Both the position numbers and the translations under genes were made by a program. Below are positions 19,777-30,490 of a stretch of DNA of 64,000 nucleotides, piece by piece. Source of the stretch: Coleofasciculus sp. B1-GNL1-01 (lineage in GTDB: Bacteria; Cyanobacteriota; Cyanobacteriia; Cyanobacteriales; Coleofasciculaceae). The notes under the pieces were generated by a model, which searched no databases, was not told the origin of the DNA, and was given only the letters and a program-made list of their open reading frames with translations. The stretch lies in assembly GCA_040220235.1 (NCBI GenBank), contig JAVJTO010000102.1; one strand, written 5' to 3'. How positions within the stretch are numbered: position 1 is the first letter of the stretch; the number at the start of each line of letters is the position of its first letter.

Positions 19777-21165
19777 GTGAGAACCTTACTTAGTCGTTTG
19801 GATCTGTCCTATCTCTATGTTCTGGTGGGAGAAGCAACTCTCGCTCTGACATTTTTCTTCTATATCATTCTTGCTCGTGTCCTCGGACCTGAGCGATATG
19901 AGATTTTCGCGGCTGCTGTTGCCTTGGGAGCCATCCTTTCCCTGCTCATCCAGTTTGGATTTCCAGCACTACTGACTCGCGAGGTAGCCGCCAACCCAGT
20001 CGAAGGATCTAAATCGACAGGTCAGTTTCTGATTATTGAGGGATTAAGCTTCCTGCTTGTTCTCATTCTTCTCTTTCCCCTAGCTCGCTTGTTAGGTTAC
20101 GAAGGTGAAGGTTTAATTGTCTGCTACTTAGTCATCTTTGCCGAACTCTGTCGTAGTGTGAAAATGACGCTACGCGGTGTTCTTAAAGGGATGGGATGGT
20201 TTAGAAGTGAAACGGTTTCCGTAGCCATAGAGCGATTTTTCGCGGTGCTACTTTCATGCATCGTTCTGTTTCTATCAAACAATTTAGTATGGGTAGTCGG
20301 AACGTTTGTTCTTGTCCGTTTCCTGGATATTGTGGGGTTGCTGGTTTACCTGAGTCGGAAAACTTCGATCTGGTTACCTCTCAGCCTGAATAAACTTTGG
20401 CAATCGGTTCGGACAGCTTACCCATTTGCGCTATCTGGCGTTCTGTGGATTCTTTACTATCAGATTGATGTGGTTATGCTCAAGGGATTAGCTCCTACGG
20501 GGGAAGCGGGGTTCTACAGTGCAGCTTACCGGATGCTGGAAATTTTTACTGAGTTGCCACAAGTTATTTTCTATGTCGCCTTCACTCGATTTGCTCGATA
20601 TTATGCCAACGAACCTGAAAAACTTCCAGAGCAGATTTATAAGTGTACGCGCCTTCTTTTAGGAGTAGCGTTACCTGTGATTGTTGTTGCTGGTTTTACC
20701 CAACCTATATTAGTGCAGCTTATTTATGGCGAAGCCTTTGCTCCTTCCGTGAAACCTCTAGCAATTCTGCTACCTAGCCTGAGTTTTAAAATGTTTGGGA
20801 CTTTAGTGCAAAAGTTACTTCAAGCTACCGGACGAGAAAAGCAACTTCCTGCTCTTATGTTTGGAGCAACAATGACAAATGTACTCTCCAATTTTATTCT
20901 TATTCCTTATCTAGGAAGTGCTGGTGCAGCCATAGCAACTTTATTGAGTGAACTAATGCTGTGTTTTATAGGTCTATACATGATGAATCGCATGGAGTAT
21001 AAGCATATAAGCCAACGCCTTAGCATTATTGCAGTAATGAGTTTGCTAGTAACTGCAATTCCCTCGCTGATTCTGTATGGATTGACACCAATTGTTGGGT
21101 TGGGATTAATGCTTCCCAGTATTGCCACGATAGTTGTGATTATGCGCCGTGATCGCTTTTTATGA
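19777..21165 (+). CDS. Polysaccharide flippase (Wzx/MATE-like)
   Basis: Many TM helices, LARVLGPE.Y, YYQIDVVML, AGFYSAAYR, NFILIPYLG..GAAIAT. Confidence 0.9.
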   Translation: MRTLLSRLDLSYLYVLVGEATLALTFFFYIILARVLGPERYEIFAAAVALGAILSLLIQFGFPALLTREVAANPVEGSKSTGQFLIIEGLSFLLVLILLFPLARLLGYEGEGLIVCYLVIFAELCRSVKMTLRGVLKGMGWFRSETVSVAIERFFAVLLSCIVLFLSNNLVWVVGTFVLVRFLDIVGLLVYLSRKTSIWLPLSLNKLWQSVRTAYPFALSGVLWILYYQIDVVMLKGLAPTGEAGFYSAAYRMLEIFTELPQVIFYVAFTRFARYYANEPEKLPEQIYKCTRLLLGVALPVIVVAGFTQPILVQLIYGEAFAPSVKPLAILLPSLSFKMFGTLVQKLLQATGREKQLPALMFGATMTNVLSNFILIPYLGSAGAAIATLLSELMLCFIGLYMMNRMEYKHISQRLSIIAVMSLLVTAIPSLILYGLTPIVGLGLMLPSIATIVVIMRRDRFL

Positions 21166-21461
21166 ATGACCTAAAATCAGCGATCTTTGTTATAAAAAGC
21201 AGCTCTCCTAGACTGGTTATGGCAAATTAGCAATTTAAAGGAGCTTAACCCCGTAAATAGCAAAGGATCTAAACAATTAGAATTGCTTTTTTTAATCTCC
21301 ATGATTCTGGCTTAGCAAAGATTATGGAGATTATTTTGTAGTCATTTATCATAGCTAGTCTAGAAAAGCCAAAAAAGCTAAGCGTCGTCTCTAAAGGGGG
21401 AGTTTCTATCGCCAAAGGAAAATCCCGTGCCATACAATCTGAGCGTCGAGGTCGGAGTACA

Positions 21462-22448
21462 TCACAGAATGCCCTGTTCTTGATACCACTTACCCGTTAA
21501 CGCTAATCCCTTGTCCAAATCGACCTGAGGTTGATAACCTAGTTCTCGTTTAGCCTTTTCAATACTGAAAGCTCGATTCTGCCGGAACCAATCAACCCGT
21601 CTCCGAAACAGAGGTGGATTGATCCCTGGCAGAGGTTTATAAACCATCTCCGTTGCCAAAGCTGCTGTCCAAAGAGGCCAGAAGGGCAGATGTATAATGG
21701 TCAGATTTACACCTATAGCTTTTGCAATCGCTGTGACCAAGTTATTGAGGGTATAGTAGTTTTCATCGGCGATCAGGTATGCCTCCCCATTGCCTTTCTC
21801 TGAGGCAGCAGCGAGTTCAAAGGCATCCACTAAGTTATCGATATACAAGGGGTGGTAGTGACACTGACCATCTCCAAACATTAAAAAGCGTCCCTTTTTC
21901 ACCCGTTTGAAGAGGATAGAAAAGCGCTCTGGATCTCCTGGTCCATATATGGCTGCTGGTCGGAGTGTTAGAACCTTTAGACCCTTTTGCACAAAATCAG
22001 GTATGAGTTTCTCTCCTTCGTATTTTGTGTATTGGTAGTAATCCGCCGGGGTAATCGGCGCATTTTCATCAGCGGGGGTTTGTTTAACATTTCCGTGAAC
22101 CCCACAAGTGCTGCAATAAACGAACTTCTCAATGCCATATTTCAGAGCCGCTTCTAGTAGGTAGCGCGTTCCCTCAACATTTACATCCCAGTAGACCTTC
22201 TTGGGAAGATTGACTTGGCGAAATGCTGCTGCTAAGTGGTGAACCACTTCACACCCTTGGGTAACTTTATCCACAAGATCTCGGTCTGCCACACTGCCAA
22301 TGTGAATCTCTGCGCCTCGTTCCTTGAGTTCATCAAAAAAGAGACCGGGCTTATTATCAATAGCGACTACATCATGCCCTTTTTGTAGTAGACGTCGCGT
22401 CAAATGGCTGCCCGTAAAGCCTGTCCCGCCTGTGACTAAAATTTTCAT
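21462..22448 (-). CDS. NAD-dependent epimerase/dehydratase (extended SDR)
   Basis: [13 protein letters not shown] catalytic motif, [10 protein letters not shown]. Confidence 0.92.
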   Translation of the reverse strand: MKILVTGGTGFTGSHLTRRLLQKGHDVVAIDNKPGLFFDELKERGAEIHIGSVADRDLVDKVTQGCEVVHHLAAAFRQVNLPKKVYWDVNVEGTRYLLEAALKYGIEKFVYCSTCGVHGNVKQTPADENAPITPADYYQYTKYEGEKLIPDFVQKGLKVLTLRPAAIYGPGDPERFSILFKRVKKGRFLMFGDGQCHYHPLYIDNLVDAFELAAASEKGNGEAYLIADENYYTLNNLVTAIAKAIGVNLTIIHLPFWPLWTAALATEMVYKPLPGINPPLFRRRVDWFRQNRAFSIEKAKRELGYQPQVDLDKGLALTGKWYQEQGIL

Positions 22449-22489
22449 TTTTTTACTCCAAATTAATACAGAAATTTCACCGTAAATAG

Positions 22490-23272
22490 TTAAACCTTTT
22501 TTGTTTCTTTTGTTTCTTTACGGTTGCGAATGATTCGAGCGGGTACTCCAACCGCCACCGCATAATCGGGAAGGTCTTTTGTCACGACAGCTCCTGCGCC
22601 AACAATACATCCTTTGCCAATGGAAACTCCATCCAGTACAATTACGCCAGCACCTAACCATACATCATCTGCGATCACAACCGGTCCTTGTGAGTAAATT
22701 CCCTGTTCCATCATTGGAATATCCAAACGGTCTGATAGATAACGTCCGCCACCGATATAAGAGTTGCCACCAATTAACACAGAACGACCAATAAAAATTC
22801 CGGTAGTAGACGAAAGAATAGTGTTACAGCCAATATCGGTTTTATCTTCGATTCTCACTGAACCTGTTTTACCCCGTATCGCACAATTTCTGGAGACAAT
22901 CACATCATCTCCTAGGTAGACCCCTTCCTCGCCAGCACCGCTGGCATCTAATAGTCCATAATCGTCAATAGCTACACGATCCCCGAGAAAAATCTGTCCA
23001 GGATGACGCAATACAATGCCTTTTCCTAAAATTACTCCTTTACCAATACTCTTGAAAAGGTTGCGATAAAATCGTTTGCGAAGTAAATAACCTAAGCCAC
23101 CGTTAACGTTGCCAAATAAGGATGTTACGACTTCGTATTTTAACAAATAAAAAATTCGGTCATTTCCCAAAACTTTGTTTTGATATCGTTTTAATACAGA
23201 AGATTCTGTTTGACTCAGTTGCTCTGTTAATGGAGTCTTATAGACTCGATTTTTCGTTTTAGGCGATATCAT
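22490..23272 (-). CDS. Hexapeptide-repeat O-acyltransferase
   Basis: Left-handed beta-helix repeats, IADDVWLGAG..IGKGCIVGAGAVVTKD..GVPAR. Confidence 0.92.
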   Translation of the reverse strand: MISPKTKNRVYKTPLTEQLSQTESSVLKRYQNKVLGNDRIFYLLKYEVVTSLFGNVNGGLGYLLRKRFYRNLFKSIGKGVILGKGIVLRHPGQIFLGDRVAIDDYGLLDASGAGEEGVYLGDDVIVSRNCAIRGKTGSVRIEDKTDIGCNTILSSTTGIFIGRSVLIGGNSYIGGGRYLSDRLDIPMMEQGIYSQGPVVIADDVWLGAGVIVLDGVSIGKGCIVGAGAVVTKDLPDYAVAVGVPARIIRNRKETKETKKV

Positions 23273-23304
23273 AGTTACCTCTCAAAAATAATGATGATTA
23301 TCAG

Positions 23305-24057
23305 TTACTTCATTTTTAAGATTTTCCGATTTGTCAAGCTGCAATGCAAAATAACCGGAGAGCCAAACCAATAGGTTAATCCTAACCCTCTGGATAATTT
23401 TTCTAAGGCTGATGAAATGTGAGGGGACTTTAACATTCGATGTAGTACCATGGGCAGAAAAAATTGTGGATAACGGTCAATGGGGGTGAGTCCGAGAGAA
23501 TGGAAGTAATCCAGCAGTTCAGATTCTTGGAAACAGGTAAAAGGTCGTGTGTTGCCTTCTACGCCTTTCTTTAGCTTAAATAAATAGGGTGCGATCGCGT
23601 TCACACTTCTAACCGTCGGATAGTCTACAATCACAGCTTTATCCGCCACCCGACCTAATTCAGCCAGAAAGGGTTTCCATTGACTGACGTGCGGAAGTAG
23701 CCGATAGCTAATCACAATGTCAAACGTGTTATCCGGATAGGGTAAGTCCAAAATATTACCCACCTTAAAGTCACAACGATTAGCGTCCACAAAATGTTGA
23801 ATTCGTGCTTTACAACTCTCTGCACTTCCCAACACTGTAACGTGATAACCGTTCTGAATCAGCGCCTCCGTCAGTTGACCATGCCCACCGCCAACATCTA
23901 AAATCTTGGCATAGGGATAAGCCGCTAGCATCTTCAGCGTTGCGTCTTCTTGAACCTTGAGTAACCAAGCGCCAATTTCCCCAGCAAAACGGGATGCATA
24001 ATCGTCTGAAGATGTTTCGATATCGGCTGTTTCGGGAAAATTATTTGTCGTAACCAT
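23305..24057 (-). CDS. Class I SAM-dependent methyltransferase
   Basis: ILDVGGGHG, LPYPDNTFDIV. Confidence 0.88.
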   Translation of the reverse strand: MVTTNNFPETADIETSSDDYASRFAGEIGAWLLKVQEDATLKMLAAYPYAKILDVGGGHGQLTEALIQNGYHVTVLGSAESCKARIQHFVDANRCDFKVGNILDLPYPDNTFDIVISYRLLPHVSQWKPFLAELGRVADKAVIVDYPTVRSVNAIAPYLFKLKKGVEGNTRPFTCFQESELLDYFHSLGLTPIDRYPQFFLPMVLHRMLKSPHISSALEKLSRGLGLTYWFGSPVILHCSLTNRKILKMK

Positions 24058-24099
24058 TGTTTCATGCCCCTGAACAACTAAGGTTATGCCAACTATTTC

Positions 24100-24891
24100 C
24101 TAGGCTTTATCAATTCTGGCTTTGACAATTAGCATATAACCACTTACTCCTAATAATAAACCATCTAGCTTAGAAAACAGCCAAACAACCGGATAAACCA
24201 AAGAGTACATCCTGAACATTTTTTGGTATCGCTTCATGTCTTGTCCGGTAACAATTCGACCCTTCTGAGATTTTGCGCCTCCCCGTTTCAATACGTCAAG
24301 TGCCAATGTCATCAACGTGTCAATGGCTTCCGAGAAAAACTTAGAATAGGTTCTGTGACTGACTATTTTAAACCGACCCATCAGCAAAGATACTAAGTCA
24401 TCCACGGTATACCCCGGTCTGACATGTCCATGTTTTTCATCCGTCTGTCCAATTGCTAGCCGAAACCTTCGCAGTAGGCTGTTTTTGATATGCGGCACGT
24501 TAATGATTAATTCTCCCCCAGGTTTGATAATACGGAATAATTCCTTAACAAATTCTTCATCGGTGTGAATATGTTCCAAAAAATCGATGATAGCCACTCG
24601 GTCAAATTCGTTATCAGCAAATGGGGTTTGACGACCATCAATCTGAAATACGTTGTCTTTCACCAATCCCCGGATGGAATCAACTGTATGTTCATCTAAA
24701 TCAGCACTTTTCCAGATTCCACCCCGTTGACGAAGCAGATAACTAATCACACCATTATCAGAACCAATATCCAGACAGTGTAACTCAGTACTTTCTCCCA
24801 ACAACGCAGTAATTTCTTGGAATTTTCTCTGTTTCAGCACAGATTTTTCAAATAGTAACAGAGGCCATTCTTTTTCTAATATCTTTTTCAT
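24100..24891 (-). CDS. Class I SAM-dependent methyltransferase
   Basis: CLDIGSDNG, PFADNEFD, FLEH, IIKPGG, HVRPGYT. Confidence 0.88.
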   Translation of the reverse strand: MKKILEKEWPLLLFEKSVLKQRKFQEITALLGESTELHCLDIGSDNGVISYLLRQRGGIWKSADLDEHTVDSIRGLVKDNVFQIDGRQTPFADNEFDRVAIIDFLEHIHTDEEFVKELFRIIKPGGELIINVPHIKNSLLRRFRLAIGQTDEKHGHVRPGYTVDDLVSLLMGRFKIVSHRTYSKFFSEAIDTLMTLALDVLKRGGAKSQKGRIVTGQDMKRYQKMFRMYSLVYPVVWLFSKLDGLLLGVSGYMLIVKARIDKA

Positions 24892-24933
24892 CGTTATTTC
24901 CTAATTATTCACTGTTTCCTTAGTTAAGCATAC

Positions 24934-25788
24934 TCATGGCATCGGTGAATCATTGGTTCGTTGACGCAATTGACTCGCCAAATTCCGTTTATACAATCGC
25001 TCAAAATGGAGGTCGGACTCGAAGCGCATGAAACGGTACACACGGTTAGAATTTAATGATAGCTCTCGATCCAAAATCAACTCTATTCCCTCACCCAACA
25101 CACCTTGATTAATCTCATAGACAATTCTGGCTTCGCCAGTGAATCGCGAACCGAAGTTAAAATCGTAGTCGTCAAAATAGATTACACAACCATTAGGTAA
25201 GTAAGGAATCAACTTGTCAAAAACGATGCGAGTTGAACTATAATAATCACAGTCTATCCAAACTAAAATAGGTAAATTAGTTTCCAGTGTACTGAGACAT
25301 ACATCAGTCAGAGTATCCTGAAAATAGCCTTTGTGAATGTGGTAATTTTGATAGTGACTCCGACAGTAGTCTTCAAGCTCTTGATATCTTCCCTTAAATT
25401 GACCCTTAACCCATCCATCATCTGCAATGATATCTTTGTCTTTTGCATCAACAGAATCGGGCATTCCCTCGAAAGAATCAAAGGTGTGAACAGTGATTCG
25501 GTCATCCATGTCAAGATACTTGGTCGCATACAGCATTTTCGTAAAAGAATAACCATCGGCTGTGCCAAATTCAAGAATAGAAAATTTTCCCTTATACTGA
25601 TTTTTAAACTCCTGAATAACTTCGTAAATTATATCCATTCGATAAAAGCTATTCAGAAGACGACGCAATATCTTACGAGGTTTGTGAATTAAATTTAAGT
25701 AAACCGTTGTTTTCAGATAGTTTCCTGGTAAGAGCTGACCTAAGCGCCGCAACAAGATAATCAATGGAGATTTATCTGGATATTTCAT
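24934..25788 (-). CDS. TylF/MycF-like sugar O-methyltransferase
   Basis: ILEFGT..G, FDSFEGMP, GYFQDTL, IDCDYYSS, FDDY. Confidence 0.85.
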   Translation of the reverse strand: MKYPDKSPLIILLRRLGQLLPGNYLKTTVYLNLIHKPRKILRRLLNSFYRMDIIYEVIQEFKNQYKGKFSILEFGTADGYSFTKMLYATKYLDMDDRITVHTFDSFEGMPDSVDAKDKDIIADDGWVKGQFKGRYQELEDYCRSHYQNYHIHKGYFQDTLTDVCLSTLETNLPILVWIDCDYYSSTRIVFDKLIPYLPNGCVIYFDDYDFNFGSRFTGEARIVYEINQGVLGEGIELILDRELSLNSNRVYRFMRFESDLHFERLYKRNLASQLRQRTNDSPMP

Positions 25789-25801
25789 TTTTTTAGTTGA
25801 T

Positions 25802-26341
25802 TTAGGTATTTCTTCTCGGATTGGCTTTGACTAATCGCAACCATCTTACTCCCCACACTAGCAAAACTGAATAGACCAATTCAAAACTAATCCAGGTTAG
25901 GTGGCTGTAATGCCACAACCCCCTAGAGTGATGAACTCCCGGAAAAATAGTAATTGAAGAGACAAAAAAGTTTTCCGTAAACGGGTACAGCAACGGAATC
26001 CCTCTGCCTTCGGTAAAAAAATCCAAAACCAGATGAGAACTATAGAGAATAAACGTTATCCAAGCCAGTTGCTGGTAAGAGAACTGCCATCGTTTACGGA
26101 GTATGAACGCCAGAATCAAACTAAAGCCAAGGGTAAAAATCAGGCTGTGGGTCAAACCGCGATGGAATGATTCTCCAGTGATGATCTGAGGAATAAAATC
26201 TAGGTCAGCAACGGTAGCTACAAAAACCGGATACAAACACAGGATTTCCCATCGCCTACGCCTAGAGGTTCTGGGTTGAGTTAAGGGTAAAAACTTGGCA
26301 AGAACATATCCGGAAACAGCGTGGGCAAGGGGAGATGGCAT
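25802..26341 (-). CDS. YdjM-like membrane metal-dependent hydrolase
   Basis: AH, DLD, HRGLTHS, SHLVLD, P.LYPF. Confidence 0.85.
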   Translation of the reverse strand: MPSPLAHAVSGYVLAKFLPLTQPRTSRRRRWEILCLYPVFVATVADLDFIPQIITGESFHRGLTHSLIFTLGFSLILAFILRKRWQFSYQQLAWITFILYSSHLVLDFFTEGRGIPLLYPFTENFFVSSITIFPGVHHSRGLWHYSHLTWISFELVYSVLLVWGVRWLRLVKANPRRNT

Positions 26342-26377
26342 AGGTCAAACAGGAGATGACTGTTGATGATCAACAAT

Positions 26378-28063
26378 TTATACTACGGTTAGAAATCGAT
26401 GCTGATTAACCTCCTTCACCGCTTGTATTTCTTGTTCAATTCGGGTGAGACTCCAACCCAGTTCTGTTGCCATGGTTTCGGCACAATGCTTGAGAATGTG
26501 AGGTTCAGGAACGCCAGCGCTACCCATTTCTATACGCCGAAATATCACATCACTTAAGGTTTGCGCCATTTCTTCGCGAACGGCATGAATTACCTCAGCT
26601 TTGAGAACAGCTAACTCATCGACTGGCGCTTGTTGTCGGTGAAGATTGCCCTCTAGGGACTGAAGTATATCCGAATAGGCAGACCCATAGTTATACACCA
26701 GACGACGCATGGTTTCCTCAGTTAATCCATCAGGGGAATTTGTTAGCGCCGTTTGCAAAAAGGTATCAAATTGTTCAATGTCTCCGCCATAAATCGGAGT
26801 GATATCAGAAACCGATTGTGGTGGTTTTTGTCCCCAGGATTTGAACAGTTTGTCTATTGCTTTTTCCGCCACATCTCTGGCGGTGGTATACTTCACACCA
26901 ATAATTGACAGGAGTCCCGGCAATCCTTCACGGGCATGATCGTGGATGTGATACTGTTTTTCCAGTAGGGGTTCTCCGGTGTGAGAATCTACTCCGGTTC
27001 TGGGCAATAGTCCCCCATGGACAAAATCAACATCTTCGGGTGTGAGATTGGCGGGTGGGTATGCCTGGTTAATTTGATCCAGCAGGTCTTGAATATCTGC
27101 TGCGGTAACCTGTAAATCATCGGGTTTCTCATCCCAAACTGTATAGGATGTACCGATGATTGATTTGCCTCGCCAAGGGGCAATAAATAGGAAGCGACTC
27201 CCTTTGTTCAGGATGGCATTGGGGTCACTATTGCTATTGGTGCTAGAAATTCCTACAGCATAGGTTTGGAATAGGGGACGAGTGACGAGGTTAACCGCTT
27301 TAGCCAAAGGCACATTAACAGATGGTGACTCTCCCTGAAGCCAACCCAGAACTTGATTCATCCAGGGACCACTGGTATTGATGACGGTTTTGGCGCGGAT
27401 GTCGAAGTGATTCCCGGTGAGGCTGTCTTTGGCTTTGATACCCGTGATGTGATTACCCTCTTTGAGAAAGCCAATCCCTTCCACATAGTTGGCGACATCT
27501 GCACCCGCTTGTGCGGCAGACTGGAGAAATGAGAGGGGAAGTCGTTCTGAGTTGTAGACTTGAGCATCATAGAAGAGTGCGCCCCCGGTTAACCCTTCGT
27601 TGGGAATACCTGGAAGCAACTGCTGACAGTCTTGAGCAGAAATGACGCGACCATTAGGAATATGTTTTTGGGGATCATCGAGTTGGTTGCGATCGCAACT
27701 AATCATATCATTCACTGCCAGTGCCAGACTCAAGGCTTCTTTTCCCTTCATCCCATGTCCATAGGTGGGAATCAAAACTGGGAGTGGGTGGATTAAGTGA
27801 GGCGCAATCCGGAATAAGGTTCTGCGTTCCCGAATCGATTCCCGCATACGCCGAAAATCAGCGTTTTGCAGATATCGCAATCCCCCATGAATCGTCTTTA
27901 AGCTGTTAGCAGAGGTGGCTGAGGCAAAATCCCCTTTCTCAACCAACGCCACGGATAAACCCCGCAAGCTGGCTTCCCAAGCGATGCAGGCACCATAGAT
28001 ACCACCGCCAATGATCAGTAAGTCGTATGTGTTTCTGGTTAAATTGAGCAGGTTTCTCTTCAT
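26378..28063 (-). CDS. FAD-dependent glycerol-3-phosphate dehydrogenase/oxidase-like protein
   Basis: IIGGGIYG, EKGDFASATS.NS.KTIHGGLRYL, KYTTAR, EEMAQTLSD; start at MKRNLL with AGGAG RBS. Confidence 0.9.
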   Translation of the reverse strand: MKRNLLNLTRNTYDLLIIGGGIYGACIAWEASLRGLSVALVEKGDFASATSANSLKTIHGGLRYLQNADFRRMRESIRERRTLFRIAPHLIHPLPVLIPTYGHGMKGKEALSLALAVNDMISCDRNQLDDPQKHIPNGRVISAQDCQQLLPGIPNEGLTGGALFYDAQVYNSERLPLSFLQSAAQAGADVANYVEGIGFLKEGNHITGIKAKDSLTGNHFDIRAKTVINTSGPWMNQVLGWLQGESPSVNVPLAKAVNLVTRPLFQTYAVGISSTNSNSDPNAILNKGSRFLFIAPWRGKSIIGTSYTVWDEKPDDLQVTAADIQDLLDQINQAYPPANLTPEDVDFVHGGLLPRTGVDSHTGEPLLEKQYHIHDHAREGLPGLLSIIGVKYTTARDVAEKAIDKLFKSWGQKPPQSVSDITPIYGGDIEQFDTFLQTALTNSPDGLTEETMRRLVYNYGSAYSDILQSLEGNLHRQQAPVDELAVLKAEVIHAVREEMAQTLSDVIFRRIEMGSAGVPEPHILKHCAETMATELGWSLTRIEQEIQAVKEVNQHRFLTVV

Positions 28064-28095
28064 GATATGATGCTCCTTACCCTGATTGTGATTAA

Positions 28096-28722
28096 CTAAG
28101 CTTCTACGCTTAACGCTCCGGTTGCACCCTCCACTAATCCTGCATACAACCAATCATAGAGAAGATTGAATTTTCGACAAAACACTTTATACGTGTGATT
28201 CTGTTCAATAAATTCTTTTCCGCTGCTACCTAGTTTGAGTCGTAAATCGGGATCATCAATCAGATTCACCATTCCCTGGGAAAAAGCTTGAGGCTTGGGT
28301 GCTGCAAGTCGGGAAATTTGGCTATTCAACACCTGGGTGTGAGTGGGTAAATCCGTCGCTAGTAATGCTTTGCCGCTGTGTAGATAGGAATAGAGTTTCA
28401 TGGGTGTATTTTTCCCTTTGACTCTAGGCGAGACGACAATATCAGCCTGGGCTAGATATAACCCTAGATCATCAACGGGTTTAGGTCCCAAAAAATGGAC
28501 GTTTTCTAAGATGCCAAGCCGTTTAGCCTGCTGCTTGTACTTCTGAATGTCAGACGCCTCTCCACCGATAATGACTAAATCAGCTAACTTATTTTTCTTT
28601 AAAGTCAAGGCAAAACTTTCCAGGAGGAGATCCACCCCCTGATACGTTTCCAGATTTCCCACATACATTAGCAGTACATGATTAATTCCTAGTTCAGCTC
28701 TCAAATTACTCTGCATTTGCAT
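28096..28722 (-). CDS. GT4 glycosyltransferase, C-terminal nucleotide-sugar-binding domain only
   Basis: YVGNLETYQG, FLG, ADIVVSPR..NTPMKLYSYL.SGK; preceded by its own RBS-like AAGGGTGG. Confidence 0.85.
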   Translation of the reverse strand: MQMQSNLRAELGINHVLLMYVGNLETYQGVDLLLESFALTLKKNKLADLVIIGGEASDIQKYKQQAKRLGILENVHFLGPKPVDDLGLYLAQADIVVSPRVKGKNTPMKLYSYLHSGKALLATDLPTHTQVLNSQISRLAAPKPQAFSQGMVNLIDDPDLRLKLGSSGKEFIEQNHTYKVFCRKFNLLYDWLYAGLVEGATGALSVEA

Positions 28723-28748
28723 ACACCACCCTTTTTACAGAATCTCAG

Positions 28749-29309
28749 TCAGTTCAATAACGATATATCGGGGATAACCACCACATTTTTGGGCTTGTAG
28801 GCTTGAATATCAGTCGCTAATGCCTGACAAACTGCCACAACAACCGCCGCCTTTTGCACCGCTACTCGTTCACAAAAATTCAAAAATGAATTGAGTAATG
28901 TTAACTTTGGATACTTTTCGATAAGCTGCTGTGCTAGAGAAGAATCCATGTCATATACATAGGGAAGCTTGCAGAATAGATTCAGCATTAAGGCAATAAA
29001 GACCGATTCCTCTCCGGCATGAACCAAATCGTAGCGCTTACGGGACATCAAACCGATGACTTTAAAAATCATGAAAAAATCACAGACTAATTTCTTCCAG
29101 GAGAAACCCGGTCTAATGTTGTGAACAAAGGGTAGCCGTGGCGTCCGGTGTATGGTTACGTTGGGATACTGAATATCACGTCCTTCTGGATAAGTTACCA
29201 TGTCAACCTGGTCTCCTCGTTCAGATAACACCCTTAAAACCAAGTTCACGGCAATGGGTGTACCCCGGTTTTGGTAAAAGGGGTGAGGGGCTAATAATAG
29301 AACATTCAT
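28749..29309 (-). CDS. GT4 glycosyltransferase, N-terminal acceptor domain only
   Basis: MNVLLLAPHPFYQNRGTP, YDLVHA, YVYDMDSS, VAVC..L; ends at VVIPD, the normal interdomain linker. Confidence 0.82.
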   Translation of the reverse strand: MNVLLLAPHPFYQNRGTPIAVNLVLRVLSERGDQVDMVTYPEGRDIQYPNVTIHRTPRLPFVHNIRPGFSWKKLVCDFFMIFKVIGLMSRKRYDLVHAGEESVFIALMLNLFCKLPYVYDMDSSLAQQLIEKYPKLTLLNSFLNFCERVAVQKAAVVVAVCQALATDIQAYKPKNVVVIPDISLLN

Positions 29310-30490
29310 CTGATGGGGACTGTTCTTTGAGCCAGATACAGTCCTTTTCTGAAAGCGACTTTTCTTAACCGAGCGTTTTTTTACTCTCGTCAGAAGTTTT
29401 TGGTTAATTAGAAACATTTCTTGCTCCTTTTTTACGTCGATACTCAGAAATAATTTATAGTTGTCGCTGGAACTATAGAGGTAAAAGTTTCTTTACACTC
29501 TCTCTAGGAGATACAAATCTTTACCTGAATTTATTCTCCTACTCCTATTGCATATAAAAGAGATAACATGTATGAATGAAATTTTTCTATGCTTGAAGAA
29601 AAAATTTATGAGAACTTTAAATTCTGGTTTATAAGCAAAAATTATATTAAATCTTGGCGGGAGGTAATTTCGGATGCTCATCCGACTATCCCACTCTCTT
29701 ACCTGGCTTCATTTAGTTCAGAAGATCGGCGCTTACCCACTTAGAGGACATCTAATTCGACACATTCTCCTGATCCCAGCGACTGTATCAGAACTATCAA
29801 TCCAACAATTATAAGAAAACTTTATACCTCTTAAGGCATAAGCCTATAGGCTTACTTCATACAAGCTTTATACAGCGAAGGAAAATATCCTTCGTGAAAG
29901 AAAGTAGAAATACTTATAACCCAGACTCCGCACTTCAAGTTGAAGTACAAGAAGCTACATATCCAATCAAGGGAAAAAGTCTGAAAAATTTACCCCTTGA
30001 ATATCTTTTCAGGAAACCGTAATTCTTTTGGAGATTCTTGTGAGCTTTTTTAAGCAGCAGAAATTGAAGAGTATCTACTCTCCTTAAACGAATTTATCCA
30101 TGCTCAAAAAATTCTCCAATTGCCACGAAGGTGAGTCAAAAAAATCACAGATAATATTTTTGACAAGAGGAGGGCAAGAAGTTCAAAATAAATTGAATTT
30201 TATCCGTTAAGTTAACTATCTGTTTGACTCCATTAATAACTACTGCATGAATCCCTTTAAAACATTGAAATATCCACCGTAATGTTGGATGATTGGTCAA
30301 TTTACCCACTTGATTTTGGCTCTCCCGTACTTAGTGTGATAATATTTACGGAGGACTCCTGGAGGACTAGCACTGACCTGAATCCTTACGAATTCGGAAT
30401 CAACTGTTCAGTTATAGCTCAACTCTAGCTTAATGTCTAGTTTATTTTATGTCAAGCCTACTATTAGTTTATGGATGTATAAATCACTTC

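Noticed and set aside
21375..21461. Possible IS605/tnpB 3'-end remnant after the epimerase
   Set aside because: The resemblance is weak, with no recognisable coding remnant.
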